Shown piece after piece: positions 19,675 to 31,394 of a stretch of 32,071 nucleotides of DNA. Origin of the DNA: Nemertoderma westbladi. Lineage: Eukaryota; Animalia; Xenacoelomorpha. Below the pieces are notes generated by a model, which was given only the letters and a program-made list of their open reading frames with translations, did no database searches and had not been told where the DNA came from. The first letter of the stretch is position 1, and the number at the start of each line of letters is the position of its first letter. The stretch lies in contig JAUCBJ010000664.1 in the NCBI GenBank assembly GCA_032718475.1, forward strand, positions 1-32,071, read 5' to 3'. The translations under genes were made by a program, and so were the position numbers.

Positions 19675-20764
19675 CGATCTAGAACGCCGCGATATTATCG
19701 AGCGCGTGGAAGAACCCACCGACTGGGCCCACCCGCTTACCGTAACACGCAAGCCAAGCGGAAAACTGCGCCTCTGCGTGGACTTACGCGGCCTGAACTC
19801 CCAAGTAAAGAGGCCATACTACCCGACACCAAACCCCCGTCTAAAAATTGCCGAAATCTCGCGGACTGCAAAGTACTTTTCAGTCTTCGACGCCGCCCAT
19901 GGATACTGGCAGGTCCCCCTTGACCCTGAGTCCCAGCTGCTGACGACATTCGTCACGCCATGGGGGCGGTATAAACACACCCGGAGTGTGATGGGCCTTA
20001 TCTCTTCCGGAGATGAGTTTAACAGACGGGGCGACGCGGCGCTCGAGGGACTTCCTCGGATGATAAAGATCGTCGACGACGTCTTACTCTATGACGACAC
20101 ACTAGAGGAACATCTGGTGTCCATCCACCGTTTCCTCGAACGCTGCAGGGAAAAAGGTATTTGCCTGCACCCCGGTAAAGTGCAGCTCGCCCAATCCCAG
20201 GTCAAATTCGGCGGCTACCTGGTCGGAATGGACGGCATCCACGCCGACCCCGCAAAACTCTCCGCTATAGCCTCCTTCCCTCGTCCAGAAACTCTAACCG
20301 ATCTCCGAAGTTTTATCGGGCTCGTAGAACAACTCGCTCCTTTCTCCTCAGAGATATCCGAGATGCTCCTACCACTACGCCCGCTCCTATTGGTGAAATC
20401 GCCATACATCTGGACAACCGACCACAATCGCGCATTCGACGCCGCCAAGGCGGCCTTAACTACACCCCCGGTTCTGGCCCCATTCGACGTCTCCGCCGAC
20501 ACTAAGCTCGTAACTGACGCTTCTCGGCTCAATGGGCTCGGCTACGCCCTTCTCCAGCGCCACGGGACAGAGTGGCGCCTTATAGAATGCGGATCTCGGT
20601 TTATAACACCCACAGAGTCTCGATACGCCACTATTGAGTTGGATCTTCTAGCGGTAGTATGGGCTATCCAAAAATGCCGCAACTTCCTCCTCGGGCTCCC
20701 CACCTTCTCCCTGGTCACTGACCATCGTTCTCGGAAGTGGAAAACGCCCGTATACAACGACTAA
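19667..20764 (+). pseudogene. pol: Gypsy reverse transcriptase and RNase H
   Basis: RLCVDLRGLN, FDAAHGYWQVPL, TTFVTPWGRY, MGLISSGDEF, IVDD, TDASRLNGLGYALLQ, ESRYATIEL, TDH. A small deletion/frameshift follows TDHR (~20730). Confidence 0.92.
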
Positions 20765-22290
20765 AATCCAAGCTGGCGCCATACCAGTTCACTACCTCCT
20801 GGTGCAAGGGTAAATCTCACGCCATTCCCGACGCCCTGTCCCGGTCACCCGTAGACCAGCCGACACCCGACGACCTCGTAGACGACGGAGAGACAGCGTA
20901 CTGTCTCCATTCCGTCACCATCGCCACGATTTCGGCCATCTCTGGGGACGACCACCTTGCGGACCCTATCCTACAGGACCTTGCCGCTGTTGCTCGCGCT
21001 GACCCCGCCTACATGTCTCTTCACACAGCGGTCCTCGCCGGTTTTCCCCCCAGTACCCGCAGCGATCCCGCTGTCGGTGCATACTGGGCCCTGCGAGACT
21101 CCCTCTCCACCGACGGCGACCTCATCCTCTATGGCGAGCGGCTCGTCATTCCCCTAGCGTCCCGCGCTAACACCTTGGAGCGGCTCCATACCCCTCACCA
21201 GGGTGTCGATAAGTCCCTCCGTCGGGCCCGGCAGTGCGTCTATTGGCCGGGCTTGACTAACGACGTACGGACCTCCGTCGTCAACTGTCCTTCGTGCCTA
21301 CGCCACCGCGCTACGCTACCAAAGGAACCCTTCCTTGAAGAACCCCTACCGACCCGCATATTCGAGAACATTTCGGCCGACTTCTTCCAGTTGAACGGCC
21401 GCCACTATCTCGCCCTCGTCGACAGGTATAGCGGGTGGCCAGACCTACACACCTTCTCAGGTCACCCATCCGCCCTCCCAACCATCGCCGCCCTGCGACA
21501 ATGGTTTACCCGCTACGGAATCCCAACCCGTCTACGGTCGGACGGCGGTACCCCCCTGACCGCCGGCGCTACAACCACCTTCCTCAACGAGTGGGGCGTC
21601 ACCCCGGTTACTTCATCCGCGGAATACCCACAGGGTAACGGACACGCGGAAGCGGCCGTGAAGGCGCTCAAAGGACTTCTAGATAAAACAGGAGGCCATC
21701 CTGACTCACCAGCATTCGCCGAGGGTCTACTAGCCCTCCGGAATAGCCCTCGGGAGACCGGACTTTCTCCCGCGCAGGTGGTGTACGGTCACCCCCTGCG
21801 GACCCGTATTCCCGCCCATCACAGTGCTTTCGCGGCGGGTCACCAGGCCACGCGTCGCCGGCTAGACAAAATCGCAACCCCGCTCCGCGCTGCCCAAATT
21901 GCCGACTACAACAAGTCGGCCCGCAATCTCCCACCCCTTGCTGTCCACGACCCCGTAGTCATCCAGGACCCCCACTCACATCGCTGGGACCGCAAGGGAA
22001 CCGTGGTAGAGGTTGGACCCAATCGGCGATACACAGTGCGAACCCCCTCCGGCCGTACTGTGACGAGAAACCGACGCTTTCTCCTCGTCGACACCTCCAA
22101 ACCACTCTCCAGTGCGGCTGAACCACCCACTTTGGGTCCGGACACCTCTACGTCCTCTAGTCCCATGACCGCGGCGGACGTCGACCCCACCCGGTCACAC
22201 AAAACTGTACATTGGGACCCCAAACTAAACCACAGCCCCCAAACTCGCCGATACCCCTCACGTCATCGTCAACCACCTATACGGTTATAA
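20737..22290 (+). pseudogene. pol: Gypsy RNase H end and integrase (continuation of pol)
   Basis: PDALSR, H..HQG...CxxC zinc finger, ISADFF / RSDGG / NGHAEAAVK DDE triad, GLSPAQ..YG, C-terminal RNRRFL. Confidence 0.92.
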
Positions 22291-22305
22291 ACTCCTACGG
22301 AGCTC

Positions 22306-22314
22306 GAAGGGGGG
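22306..22314 (+). other. Polypurine tract of the Gypsy element
   Basis: gaagggggg lies immediately before TGTAATG, 15 nt after the pol stop. Confidence 0.85.
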
Positions 22315-22575
22315 TGTAATGACATACGTCATACATACGTATTATTATATGGCTCGCCCCATATACATGTAGGACAGTAGTTCATGGTGATTGGATAGAT
22401 ATATATACGTTCCATTCTGTTGGGGCTTTTTATATAAAAGCAGGTGCAACTGCTCAGTCAAGGAACCAGACAGTACTGAAGTTGCTAGGCATATTATTAT
22501 ATTATTTTGTCTATTCTGTTCTGCAATAGTTTCTGTACGTTATGTCTTATTATATCGAGAACTAAGAACATCACA
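22315..22575 (+). repeat. Gypsy 3' LTR (261 bp)
   Basis: TGTAATG...CATCACA termini form an imperfect inverted pair; TATATAAAAG at 22431 and TCAGTC at 22454; RTE coding sequence resumes at 22576. Confidence 0.82.
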
Positions 22576-25440
22576 AGATCCTTCCAGGCTTCCCGATTCT
22601 CCTTAGTTGTCGCAATTTCGTTTCTCCCAAGTTCAGTATCCCTTTCAAGTTGATCTATATATGTTATGGCAGGTCGTCCACGACTACGCTTTCCATGAGT
22701 TGGTTGCCAGAGAAGTAGATCTGGTATGACCTCGTCTTTACTTCGCCAGCAGTGCCCACTGAATCTTAATCTGCGTTCACGGAGGGTGGTTGATACAGGT
22801 GGTATTGTACCATAAAGCTCGGCGTTTGTCATGTGCTGTCTCCAGCTGATGTTTAGGGCTGCCCTTAGTAGTCTTGTGTAGCAACCATCAATTCGTTGTT
22901 CAAGTGATTTAGTCAGTGTCCAGGTCTCACACCCGTATAAAAATACACTTTCCACTGTGGCTCGAAAGAACTTAGTCTTCAGGTGCCTGGAGAGATCTGA
23001 TTTCCAGATGGTATCCATTTTTGATAGAGCTACCCAAGCCTTTGCTTTCCTAACTTCTATGTCCTTTTTGCTACTCTCTATCCATGATCCAAGGTACTGG
23101 AAGTCATCGACCTTCCTTAGTTGATTATTATCAATGGTTGTCAAGTTTCCATCAACATTAAAGGTCATGAATTCGGTCTTGGTAGCATTGATATGCAATC
23201 CAACCTCCTTAGCAGCCCTCTCCACTTTATTTAGTAGAAGCTGTGCATCTGCTAGCGTATTAGAGAGCAGGGCGATGTCATCCGCAAAGTCGGTGTCTGT
23301 GACTGTAGTTGCCGGATATCTACTACTTCTGCGTTCTTGAAGTGTGAATCCCAGATCTTCACCCTTTGTGGCTGTCCTTATTGTGTAATCCAGCACAATT
23401 AGAAATAGTAATGGTGCTAATGTGTCACCTTGTAGTACGCCAGCCAGGATTGAGAAAAACTCAGTTTCACCATCTGGTGAGAGTACCTGCACTTCTGTGT
23501 CACAATATAGCAATCCAATGCCAGCAACAATTACTTCTGGTATTCCATAAGCTCTTAGGATTTCAAGCATTTTACCTCTATGGATGGAGTCGAATGCCTT
23601 CTTGAAGTCCACAAAAGTCATGACTGCGGGGAGATTCTTTGACTTAATTCCTTCAATCAGTCTCCGTAGTGCAAGTATCTGAGCTATTGTTGATCTACTT
23701 GGTCGAAATCCGTTTTGGCTCTTACGCAGTAGTTTCTCTATGTGAGGCCTAATCCAATATAGAATCATTTTATTGTATATTTTGGCAGCTACCACAAGCA
23801 GACAGATCCCACGATAGTTTGTTGGTTTGCCGAGGTCTCCTTTCTTGGGGAGAGGCTTTAGTTGACCTTTAGTCCAAATTGGTGGTGGCTTTTCCCCTTT
23901 TAACATCCGGTTGCAAACATTCAATAATGGTCTATTTAGCACTCCGGTTTTCCATACCTCCGCTGGGATATCATCTAATCCACTTGCTTTATTATTGGAC
24001 ATGCTTTTAATGCTTCTTTGGAGTTCGGCAGGTGTAAAGTCCCCTGTTTCTATAGGTAGTGTCTTGTCATATATTTTTCTTGTAGGGCTGACCTCGATGT
24101 TTGGTGGCTGCCCAAGCAAGTTGCTGAAGTGATTTTTCCACTTTCCAACACGTTCTTCAGGACTATCGGCTTTGAGGCGCCCCTTTGCACAACTTTTCCG
24201 ACCAGATACCTCATTTACAGTTTGCCAGGTAAGTCTTGATTGTTGCTGTATGTGAGCAGTTGTAATTGCTTCAGTTTTATCCTGTATGTACTTTTCCTGG
24301 CTGATGTTGTAGGCCAATTTATGATCGTCCTTAGCTTTCTCAACCTTGTTAATGTTTTCGGTTGTTGGTTGTTCGGTTTTAACTTTGTAGGCTATCTTAA
24401 GATCTTCTCTCCTACAAGTAACCTCAGAGTTTTGCCATGGCAAATACTGTTTTCGTTTAGGTTTCAGGGGGATATGCCTCTTAGCTGATTCCTTGTGGGC
24501 TGTTATTATATTCTGGTATGTTGAATCGGTGGATTGGTCTTCATCCATTGACTGAAGTGCTTCAAAGCGGTTTTGAACTTCTACTGTATAAGCATCCTTT
24601 ACAGCATTGTCAGTTCTGAGTTTCTCCCAGTCATAGTTGATTTGCTTGCTTGTCCTGGGTTTGCTGGCTCTCAAACTGAGTCTGATCTCTGCAGTCACAA
24701 TTCTGTGGTCCGAACCAATTAGGTTGAACGAGCTGTATGCCTCGCAGTTTATCATGCTATTTCTCCACTTTTTGTTTATAAGGATGTAATCCAGTTGTGC
24801 TTTGGTTCCATTAGGGTATTGAAAGGTCCATAGCTTCCCCTTACTCTTTTCGAATGTGTTGTTTGTTGGTATCAATTCACATTCTTCCATTAGGTCTAAT
24901 AGGAAGTACCCATTTCTGTTAGAACTGGTGTTATAGGTGCAACCCTTGATGTCTTCTGGGCCAATTTGCGCATTCAGGTCACCAGCAATGACTTTAACAT
25001 TGTGTTTCGGGATGTCCTTAATAAGTCCAGTCAGTTCTTCATAAAACTTGACTGCTTGGTCTGGCTCTGATGCATTGGTTGGAATGTAGCAACATATAAC
25101 TGTTGTCTTGGGATTCCCATCAAATGTTGCGATCATAACCCTGGAATTTATAGATTCGATGTTGTTTAGGGTCTTAAGTGCAAATGGGCTTAGCAGAATT
25201 CCTACTCCACCAATTGATGCATTGGCCGAGTTTCTTACTGCTGAGCTTGTTACTAACGTCCATCCATTTCAATGTCATTGTACTTCATGGCAGTGTCTTC
25301 ATGAAAAATCCGATGTTCTTGGATGCAGATGATGTCGATGTTATATTCCATTGCTAGAGCGACCATGTCACCCTGTTTGCTCTGTGCTTTCAGCGTGCAT
25401 GCGTTCATTGTAGCAATCTTTAGTTGTCTTTTAAGTATGT
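22576..25440 (-). mobile_element. RTE-clade LINE (APE endonuclease plus RT), one frameshift, 3' end cut by the Gypsy LTR
   Basis: APE motifs IATMN..TL, IQEH, GVG, GDLNAQIG, LDYIL, SDH. RT motifs NYRGICLL, DFKKAFDSI, GVLQGDTLAP, FADD, YLGS. RTE C-terminus LYGCETW, RRLRFSGH, GKRSRGRP, REAW. A 1-nt deletion near 25270 splits ORFs 25253..25519 and 22497..25136. Confidence 0.92.
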
Positions 25441-25992
25441 ACCGCCACGTTGCCACCAATTCGCTTCTGTTTATGACTATGTTTATGAGCAGGTTACAGT
25501 GTCGGTGTTTTCTAACCAAAACAATAAACTATACATGATTTCTCTTGCGGTCAATTTGCGCTGAAGATCACAATATTTACTTGCGGTCAAAGTGCGCCAC
25601 TATCTGAATAAACCATGCTGCATCGATTCGCCGTGTCACCTAAGCCATATCTATTTTCATTAATGAGATAATTCCATGTTAAAAAAATGGTGGTTTTGAT
25701 GTCAGTGTAAAAAGGTTCTAACTGCCAATGATATACCATGTTGCAACTCACCACTCTAAAAGTTACCCCATTTTTACACAAACTGTATACATATTTGGTT
25801 TTTGACACAATCATATTACCGTATTTCCATGTCCAGGAATATAGTGCGTAACTCAGGTACAAGCTCCCCCCCCCCCAAATTTTTTTACAAATCTTAATGA
25901 GATTGCATGAAATTTGAAACAGAGATAGATTCACCTCCCTCCTCCCGAGTGGGTGAGCCGGAATTTTTCTTTTCGCTTTTATTCTTTAGCTA

Positions 25993-26544
25993 CAAGCGTT
26001 TAAAAAAGGTGCCTCCGACGATATTGAACCGCAGTTATTATTCACCCTTATAGTGATTTATTGGTACCAAAGTAATGCTGGCCATGCAAGGATTCTAAAT
26101 ATGTAAAAATATTTGAATTTGGTAGGGAAATAGCTGAGTTATTGGCATTCGAATGTTGCGTGTATTTTTGCTTCTGCTACAGGCCATTTATTCTATTAAA
26201 ATAAATGCGCCATATTCTGGAACATTTTGTTTATCTCATAAGTAGCTGGGCAACAATGCAATTCCTACATAGTAATACTAGTGAGAGGATATTAAAACAA
26301 AATGTTCTAGAACATTGTGTATTTATTAAATGGAATAAATGGCCTCCTACGGAAGCAAATTCAATGCAAGGGTTTCGAATGCCTGTAGCTCAGCTATTTC
26401 CCAACCAAATTCAAATGTTTTTTACAAATTTGTAATCCTTGTACGGACAGCTTTCCATTGGTAACAATAAATAACTATAAGGTTGAAGAATAACTGCGGT
26501 GTAGGTGGTTCAATATCGTCGGAGACACCTTTTTTAAACGCTTG
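25993..26544. mobile_element. Palindromic MITE with TA target duplication (Tc1/mariner-type, non-autonomous)
   Basis: ta|caagcgtttaaaaaaggtg ... cacctttttttaaacgcttg|ta-type termini; imperfect inverted arms extend ~240 bp inward (for example gggaaatagctgag / ctcagctatttccc); no coding capacity. Confidence 0.85.
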
Positions 26545-27472
26545 TACAGTAGTAATGCAACAAAAGCGTTGAGATCTAATTTGATGTCAAAATTGTATTG
26601 ATCTAAATTTATTGATTTATATTTATATTTATTATATATATGTTAAGCTTTTCAATTGAATAGATTAATAATAATAAAGTATCCCCGTTGCCCCGCTTGG
26701 GGGTGCAGTTTATAAAAAAAAAACCTTATCAAACGTAAAAATTTTATCAAGAAACTAAGTGCAATAGTGTGTCACAGATGAGGTTCGCACTCGCCAACCC
26801 ATCATCAATAAGCATAAATAACGTGATAGGGGCAAGTATGTGGTGCTACTTCCCTGCGGATAGTTAAGTTAGGTACCATCTTCACTTCAGTAGGCCTATA
26901 TCCTAGTTATATGTTATTGTTATATATACTGTAGTTATATATAGCGCCTGTATCCCCCCGCTTTGGAACATACAGTACTGTAGTTTCTTCTGACACCCTA
27001 CTGTATAGAACTTACTGTAGCTTCTTAATAATATAGCATAACTTTGAGGCAAAAACTTCCAAATAGATGACAGCCGTCATGTAAATTGAAATTATATACA
27101 GTATATTTATTTTAAAATTAAATATAATGATTCATCATCGTTAACGTACCCTTTTCTGCGTCCGGTTTAAGTCCAATAGATGCAGAACCAACGCTCGGAG
27201 AATTCGGAATGTCAGAATTCGCACTATTTGGCTTGGTGATAGCGCCGTCATCGGCACTCGCCGTGGTTGCCAACTTATGAATTCCCTAATAAATATACAA
27301 TTAATAAATCTCCAAAATAAGCAAATAATACAAATATTAATCCGCCTCTCGCATCAGGGCACCTTGTTAACCATGCTTGCCACTTCATTCAGTACCGGCA
27401 ATTGTGTAATTGTCCAGTTATACTTATGTTTGAAAGCGAATAAATTAAATAAATAAATTAAATTAAACAATT

Positions 27473-28175
27473 GGGGTAATTCCATGTCAAATCATCCAGA
27501 ATTTTTAACTTTTGTAACCCACCCTCTCAGAATTTCGTGAAAATTTCAGGGATTGAATACCAATATGTAACTAAGAGTTGTTGAAAATTTTAGGTCAATC
27601 CCTCCAGGGAATCAAAAGTTATAGCATTTCAATGCGGGCTACATTTACGGCTATCGCGACTAAGATGACGCTTTCGCGGGTGAGACGTTATGGCCTTTTT
27701 TGGTCATAGGACTATATGTATGTACCTAATAGTCACAAAATTGAGTGCCTAGAAGTATTTTTCGATCCTGAGTCTGAAAATAAAGTCAGTTTTCAACGTA
27801 AGATGCACCTTGCTCTGATATGGTCAAGAATTGATCATCTTTGGCTTCGCGGAGACCTAGAAACTTTGATTGGCAATAACCTTTGCTGCTTTCGGTGAAT
27901 CTGCTTGAAATTTTGTGCACACACTCCCTGTCCCATCACACTCCACACGATGGCATTCGGTAAAAAAATTGTTTTTGTACTCTGAGATGCTCTGATTTTA
28001 TTAAGGATTTTCACTTTTGCTTATCCGCTAGACCGCTAGGTGTTTCCGTTTCTTCACTTGCCCATTAGGAGTCACTATTACTTGATATTTACTGTCCAGA
28101 TGCCATGTGAGGGAGGTGGGTGACATCAAACTAATCAAAAAAACTATAATTAATATAATTATATAACATGATGGA
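27473..28175 (+). repeat. Left terminal inverted repeat of the Sola2 element
   Basis: Reverse complement of ~31395-32071; 27513-27899 pairs with 31658-32044, and the 60-aa track ORFs in the two arms differ by one residue. Confidence 0.92.
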
Positions 28176-28632
28176 TGATTTAGAATATACACTGTACACA
28201 GGCCTGGTAGCCAAATCTCTCTATAATAATACTATATCCACTGTGATCAGTTTCTTGGCTCACCCATTATTTCATCATTTTCTCTCAAATTTAGCTTAGT
28301 AGCTCGAGAAAACTGAACCAGAAAGGCATGTACTGCAAACTCTGACCACATTAGTTCAAGTTATACTGTATGTCCTAGGCAGTTTACATTTAGGCAAATA
28401 CACATATTTTAATCAATCAATATTGTTTCAATATACAGTAGTGTAAGGTTGTCAGTAAAAGAAAAGCAGAGAACACTCCATGTCCTCTCACTCTCATTCG
28501 TTCCTTGATATTCCTGTACACATAATGCTGTATATTTAATATTTATGCTGGTACAGTACCTAGTACCTGTAGGGGTAGGCCTATGTTTTTCTCTTGTTAT
28601 TATTATTGACTGATTATTATACTGTAATAAAG

Positions 28633-31321
28633 ATGTCAGATTCTACAGAAGAAAAGTGTGATTTTGGCTCTATACTGTCAGAAGATTGTCATAAACTCTC
28701 ATATCGTGGACAAAAAGCTGGAATTTAAGATTTTAAAAACCTCCCACATGAACTGCAGGAAACATTGTTATGGCGTAGTGAAGTTCCTAAAACCACTTAC
28801 GAGTCTGTGAGTACAATTTGCCATCATCATGAATATATCTTTACCAAGAAGTTCCACCAGGGGAGTAAATGTTGTGATACATTCAAACTGCACAAGACAA
28901 GATCTAAAGGTTAGTTCTACACTGGACAAACTACTACAATGCAAATTTTCGAATATTATTTAGGCCTAATACAGTAGCACTATTAACCTATTAGCTACAA
29001 ATACACCCTGAAATGCGGTACATATTTTCTTATTTTTTATAATTATTGTATTTTTAGGAGATCGAGTGATCAGTTTGGATTTCGCAAAGAAACTTAAGGA
29101 GAAAGACATTGAAGTAACACCAGGGTGGAAATTTTGTGTTAAATGTGAAGTCAAGGCCAAATCATTAACAAAATCAGAACCATCTACCTCTGTAATTAGT
29201 GAAAGTGAATCAACTAGTGAAAGTGAATCGGTGATAAAGACTGTAGAACTTGAAGGACTACGTGGGTCTGTTGCCAGTTCCTTTGAGGCTATTGGTGTAT
29301 CCCCATTAAAGGTACATGGATTACCAGCACATAGCCGTGTGCCTAGTGCCAAGAAAAAACTTAAACGTGTATATGAAAAAATGGAACATCAGGTTTCATC
29401 AATCCTAGGAGTAGAGGCAGTGGAATTACAGGAAAGTGCCGGTACATCTTCCACATCAGTATGCTAATGCATTAGACAAATTGCATACCGAATTGAAAGC
29501 AAAATTGGAAGTTGCAAATTATAGAGAGAAAGTCCAGATACTTACACTGGCACCTACTAACTGGCCAAGGACTAGAGTGTCTGAAGTTTTTGGTGTCTCT
29601 GAATATTTGGTCCGAAAAGCAGTGGCACTTAAATCTGAAAAGGGAATAATGTCAATTCCAGAGAAGAAGAAAGGTAAACATCTCTCAAATGATGTCACTG
29701 ATGCAGTGCGCTCATTCTATGAAGATGATGAGTATTCTCGAGTAATGCCAGGACGGAAGGACTATGTTAGTATTGGAAAGAATATTCATGTCCAGAAGCG
29801 ATTACTGTTGTGTAATTTGAAAGAACTATATTTGTCATTTAAAGATAAAACGAAATTGACTATAGGCTTTTCAACCTTCGCTGCCTTGCGCCCTAAGTGG
29901 TGCATCTCTGTTGCTGCTCCAGGAACACAGAATGTATGTGTCTGCAGCTATCATCAGAATGCAAAGTTAATGACTGCTGTTTTACCAATGAACTTAACAT
30001 ATAAAGACCTAATGGATAAAGTTGTTTGTAATACAGATAACAAGATGTGCATGGTACATAGGTGTTCAAATTGCCCAGGGAAAGAAAAACTTCGGGAATT
30101 TATTGCCGAGCAATTTGAATCTTTGGAAGAAGAGATTACTGTTTCTCAGTGGACTGGTACTGATCGTGCTAACATGATTACTCAAATTTTGACTATTTCT
30201 GATTACATAGATGCTCTCTCTGATCAAATTGATAAACTGACCTCTCATAGCTATATAGCTAAAACACAATCACGCTATCTGAAGAATCGTAAGGAATATC
30301 TTGAAGAAGATCATTGTATTGCAATAGTTGACTTTGCAGAGAACTATGCATTTGTTGTACAGGATGCGATACAGTCGTTCCACTGGAACAATAGTCAATG
30401 CACCATACACCCAGTTGCGCTTTACTATTTAAAGGATGGAAAACTTCAAGTGACTCTCTAGCATATCTTAGTGATTTTGTAGATCATGATACAACTTTTG
30501 TGTATACTGTTCAAAAGAAATTGACCAACTATTTGAAGGATGAACTTCCTCATATTAATACACTAGAGTACTTTTCAGATGGTTGTGCTGCTCAATACAA
30601 GAATTGTAAGAATTTTATAAATCTGTGCCACCATGAAGCTGACTTTGGCCTAAAAGCTCAGTGGGATTTTTTCGCCACATCTCATGGCAAATCTCCAGCA
30701 GATGGGATTGGTGGTGTTATAAAACGAACTGCATTACGAGCCAGCCTTCAACGAGTAGTAGGTGATCAGATAGTTTGTACGAAAGCTGTTCATGAGATCT
30801 GTTGTAGTCATCTACTATCAATTAAGACTTATTTGATTGAACAGGATGAAATAGAACAATGCCGTTCGTTTTTGCAGAGTAGATATAATATTGCAAGAAC
30901 AGTTCCTGGAACCCGGGCTCATCATCAGTTTGTTCCTGATTCAAACACAACAATTAAACTTAAACATACAAGTACTGATGAAGCGTTTTCATTCATCCAC
31001 ACGTTTGGAATGCCAGAAGGTGATATTGTTAAGGTATCTGCAATGGAATATGCAGCATGCAAATATGATGAAGGTTGGTGGATTGGTCTAGTTTTGGAGT
31101 GCTCAGCTGAACATTCAGATCATCTGATAAGTTTCATGCATCCACCAGGATCTTCAGGAGCACAAACATTTTTCTGGCCTTCGAAGATGGATACATGTTG
31201 GGTACCTAGCCCACATGTACTTCTAAAGATACAACCACCAAGTACTCGAACTGGCCGAACATACTCTTTAATTAATGATGAATTAAAACTAATTCAATCT
31301 AGATTTTTAACTGCAATTTAA
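28633..31321 (+). pseudogene. Sola2 transposase (two exons; one nonsense and two frameshift lesions)
   Basis: Exon 1 28633-28909 (MSDSTEEKC...ICHHH...KCCDTFKLH) with TAA at 28726. Exon 2 from 29058 (PGWKFCVKC) with shifts near 29460 and 30450. Candidate catalytic Asp codons at 30330, 30578 and 30701. C-terminal WWIG..FMHP..FFWP..D.CWV domain. Confidence 0.85.
28910..29057 (+). other. Predicted 148-nt spliceosomal intron in the Sola2 transposase
   Basis: AAG|gttagt donor and tttttag|GA acceptor; the phase-1 join gives ...TRSKG-DRVISLDF, in frame with ORF 29066..29467. Confidence 0.75.
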
Positions 31322-31394
31322 TCTTAAACTATACTGTATTATTATCTATATCTATAAGCATTATATTATAGAGTTATTGGGCAATATATATAAT

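Larger units (their letters stand above)
19663..22575 (+). mobile_element. 3' half of a Ty3/Gypsy LTR retrotransposon (Mag-like lineage)
   Basis: RT-RNase H-integrase order followed by PPT and a TG...CA LTR. Base composition switches from A/G-rich to C-rich at ~19670. Confidence 0.92.

Noticed and set aside
12655-22575. A single mobile BEL-Gypsy hybrid retrotransposon
   Set aside because: The two LTRs are unrelated, the flanking 5-mers do not match, and the RTE sequence expected on the left flank is absent.
25440-25990. DNA transposon end or hammerhead (ctgaaga at 25561; duplicated cttgcggtcaa..tgcgc)
   Set aside because: No GAAA core or stems, and no partner TIR or TSD found; left unannotated.
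27716-27898. Duplicated 60-aa gene (also 31659..31841)
   Set aside because: Both lie within the Sola2 TIRs; the duplication only reflects the inverted repeat.
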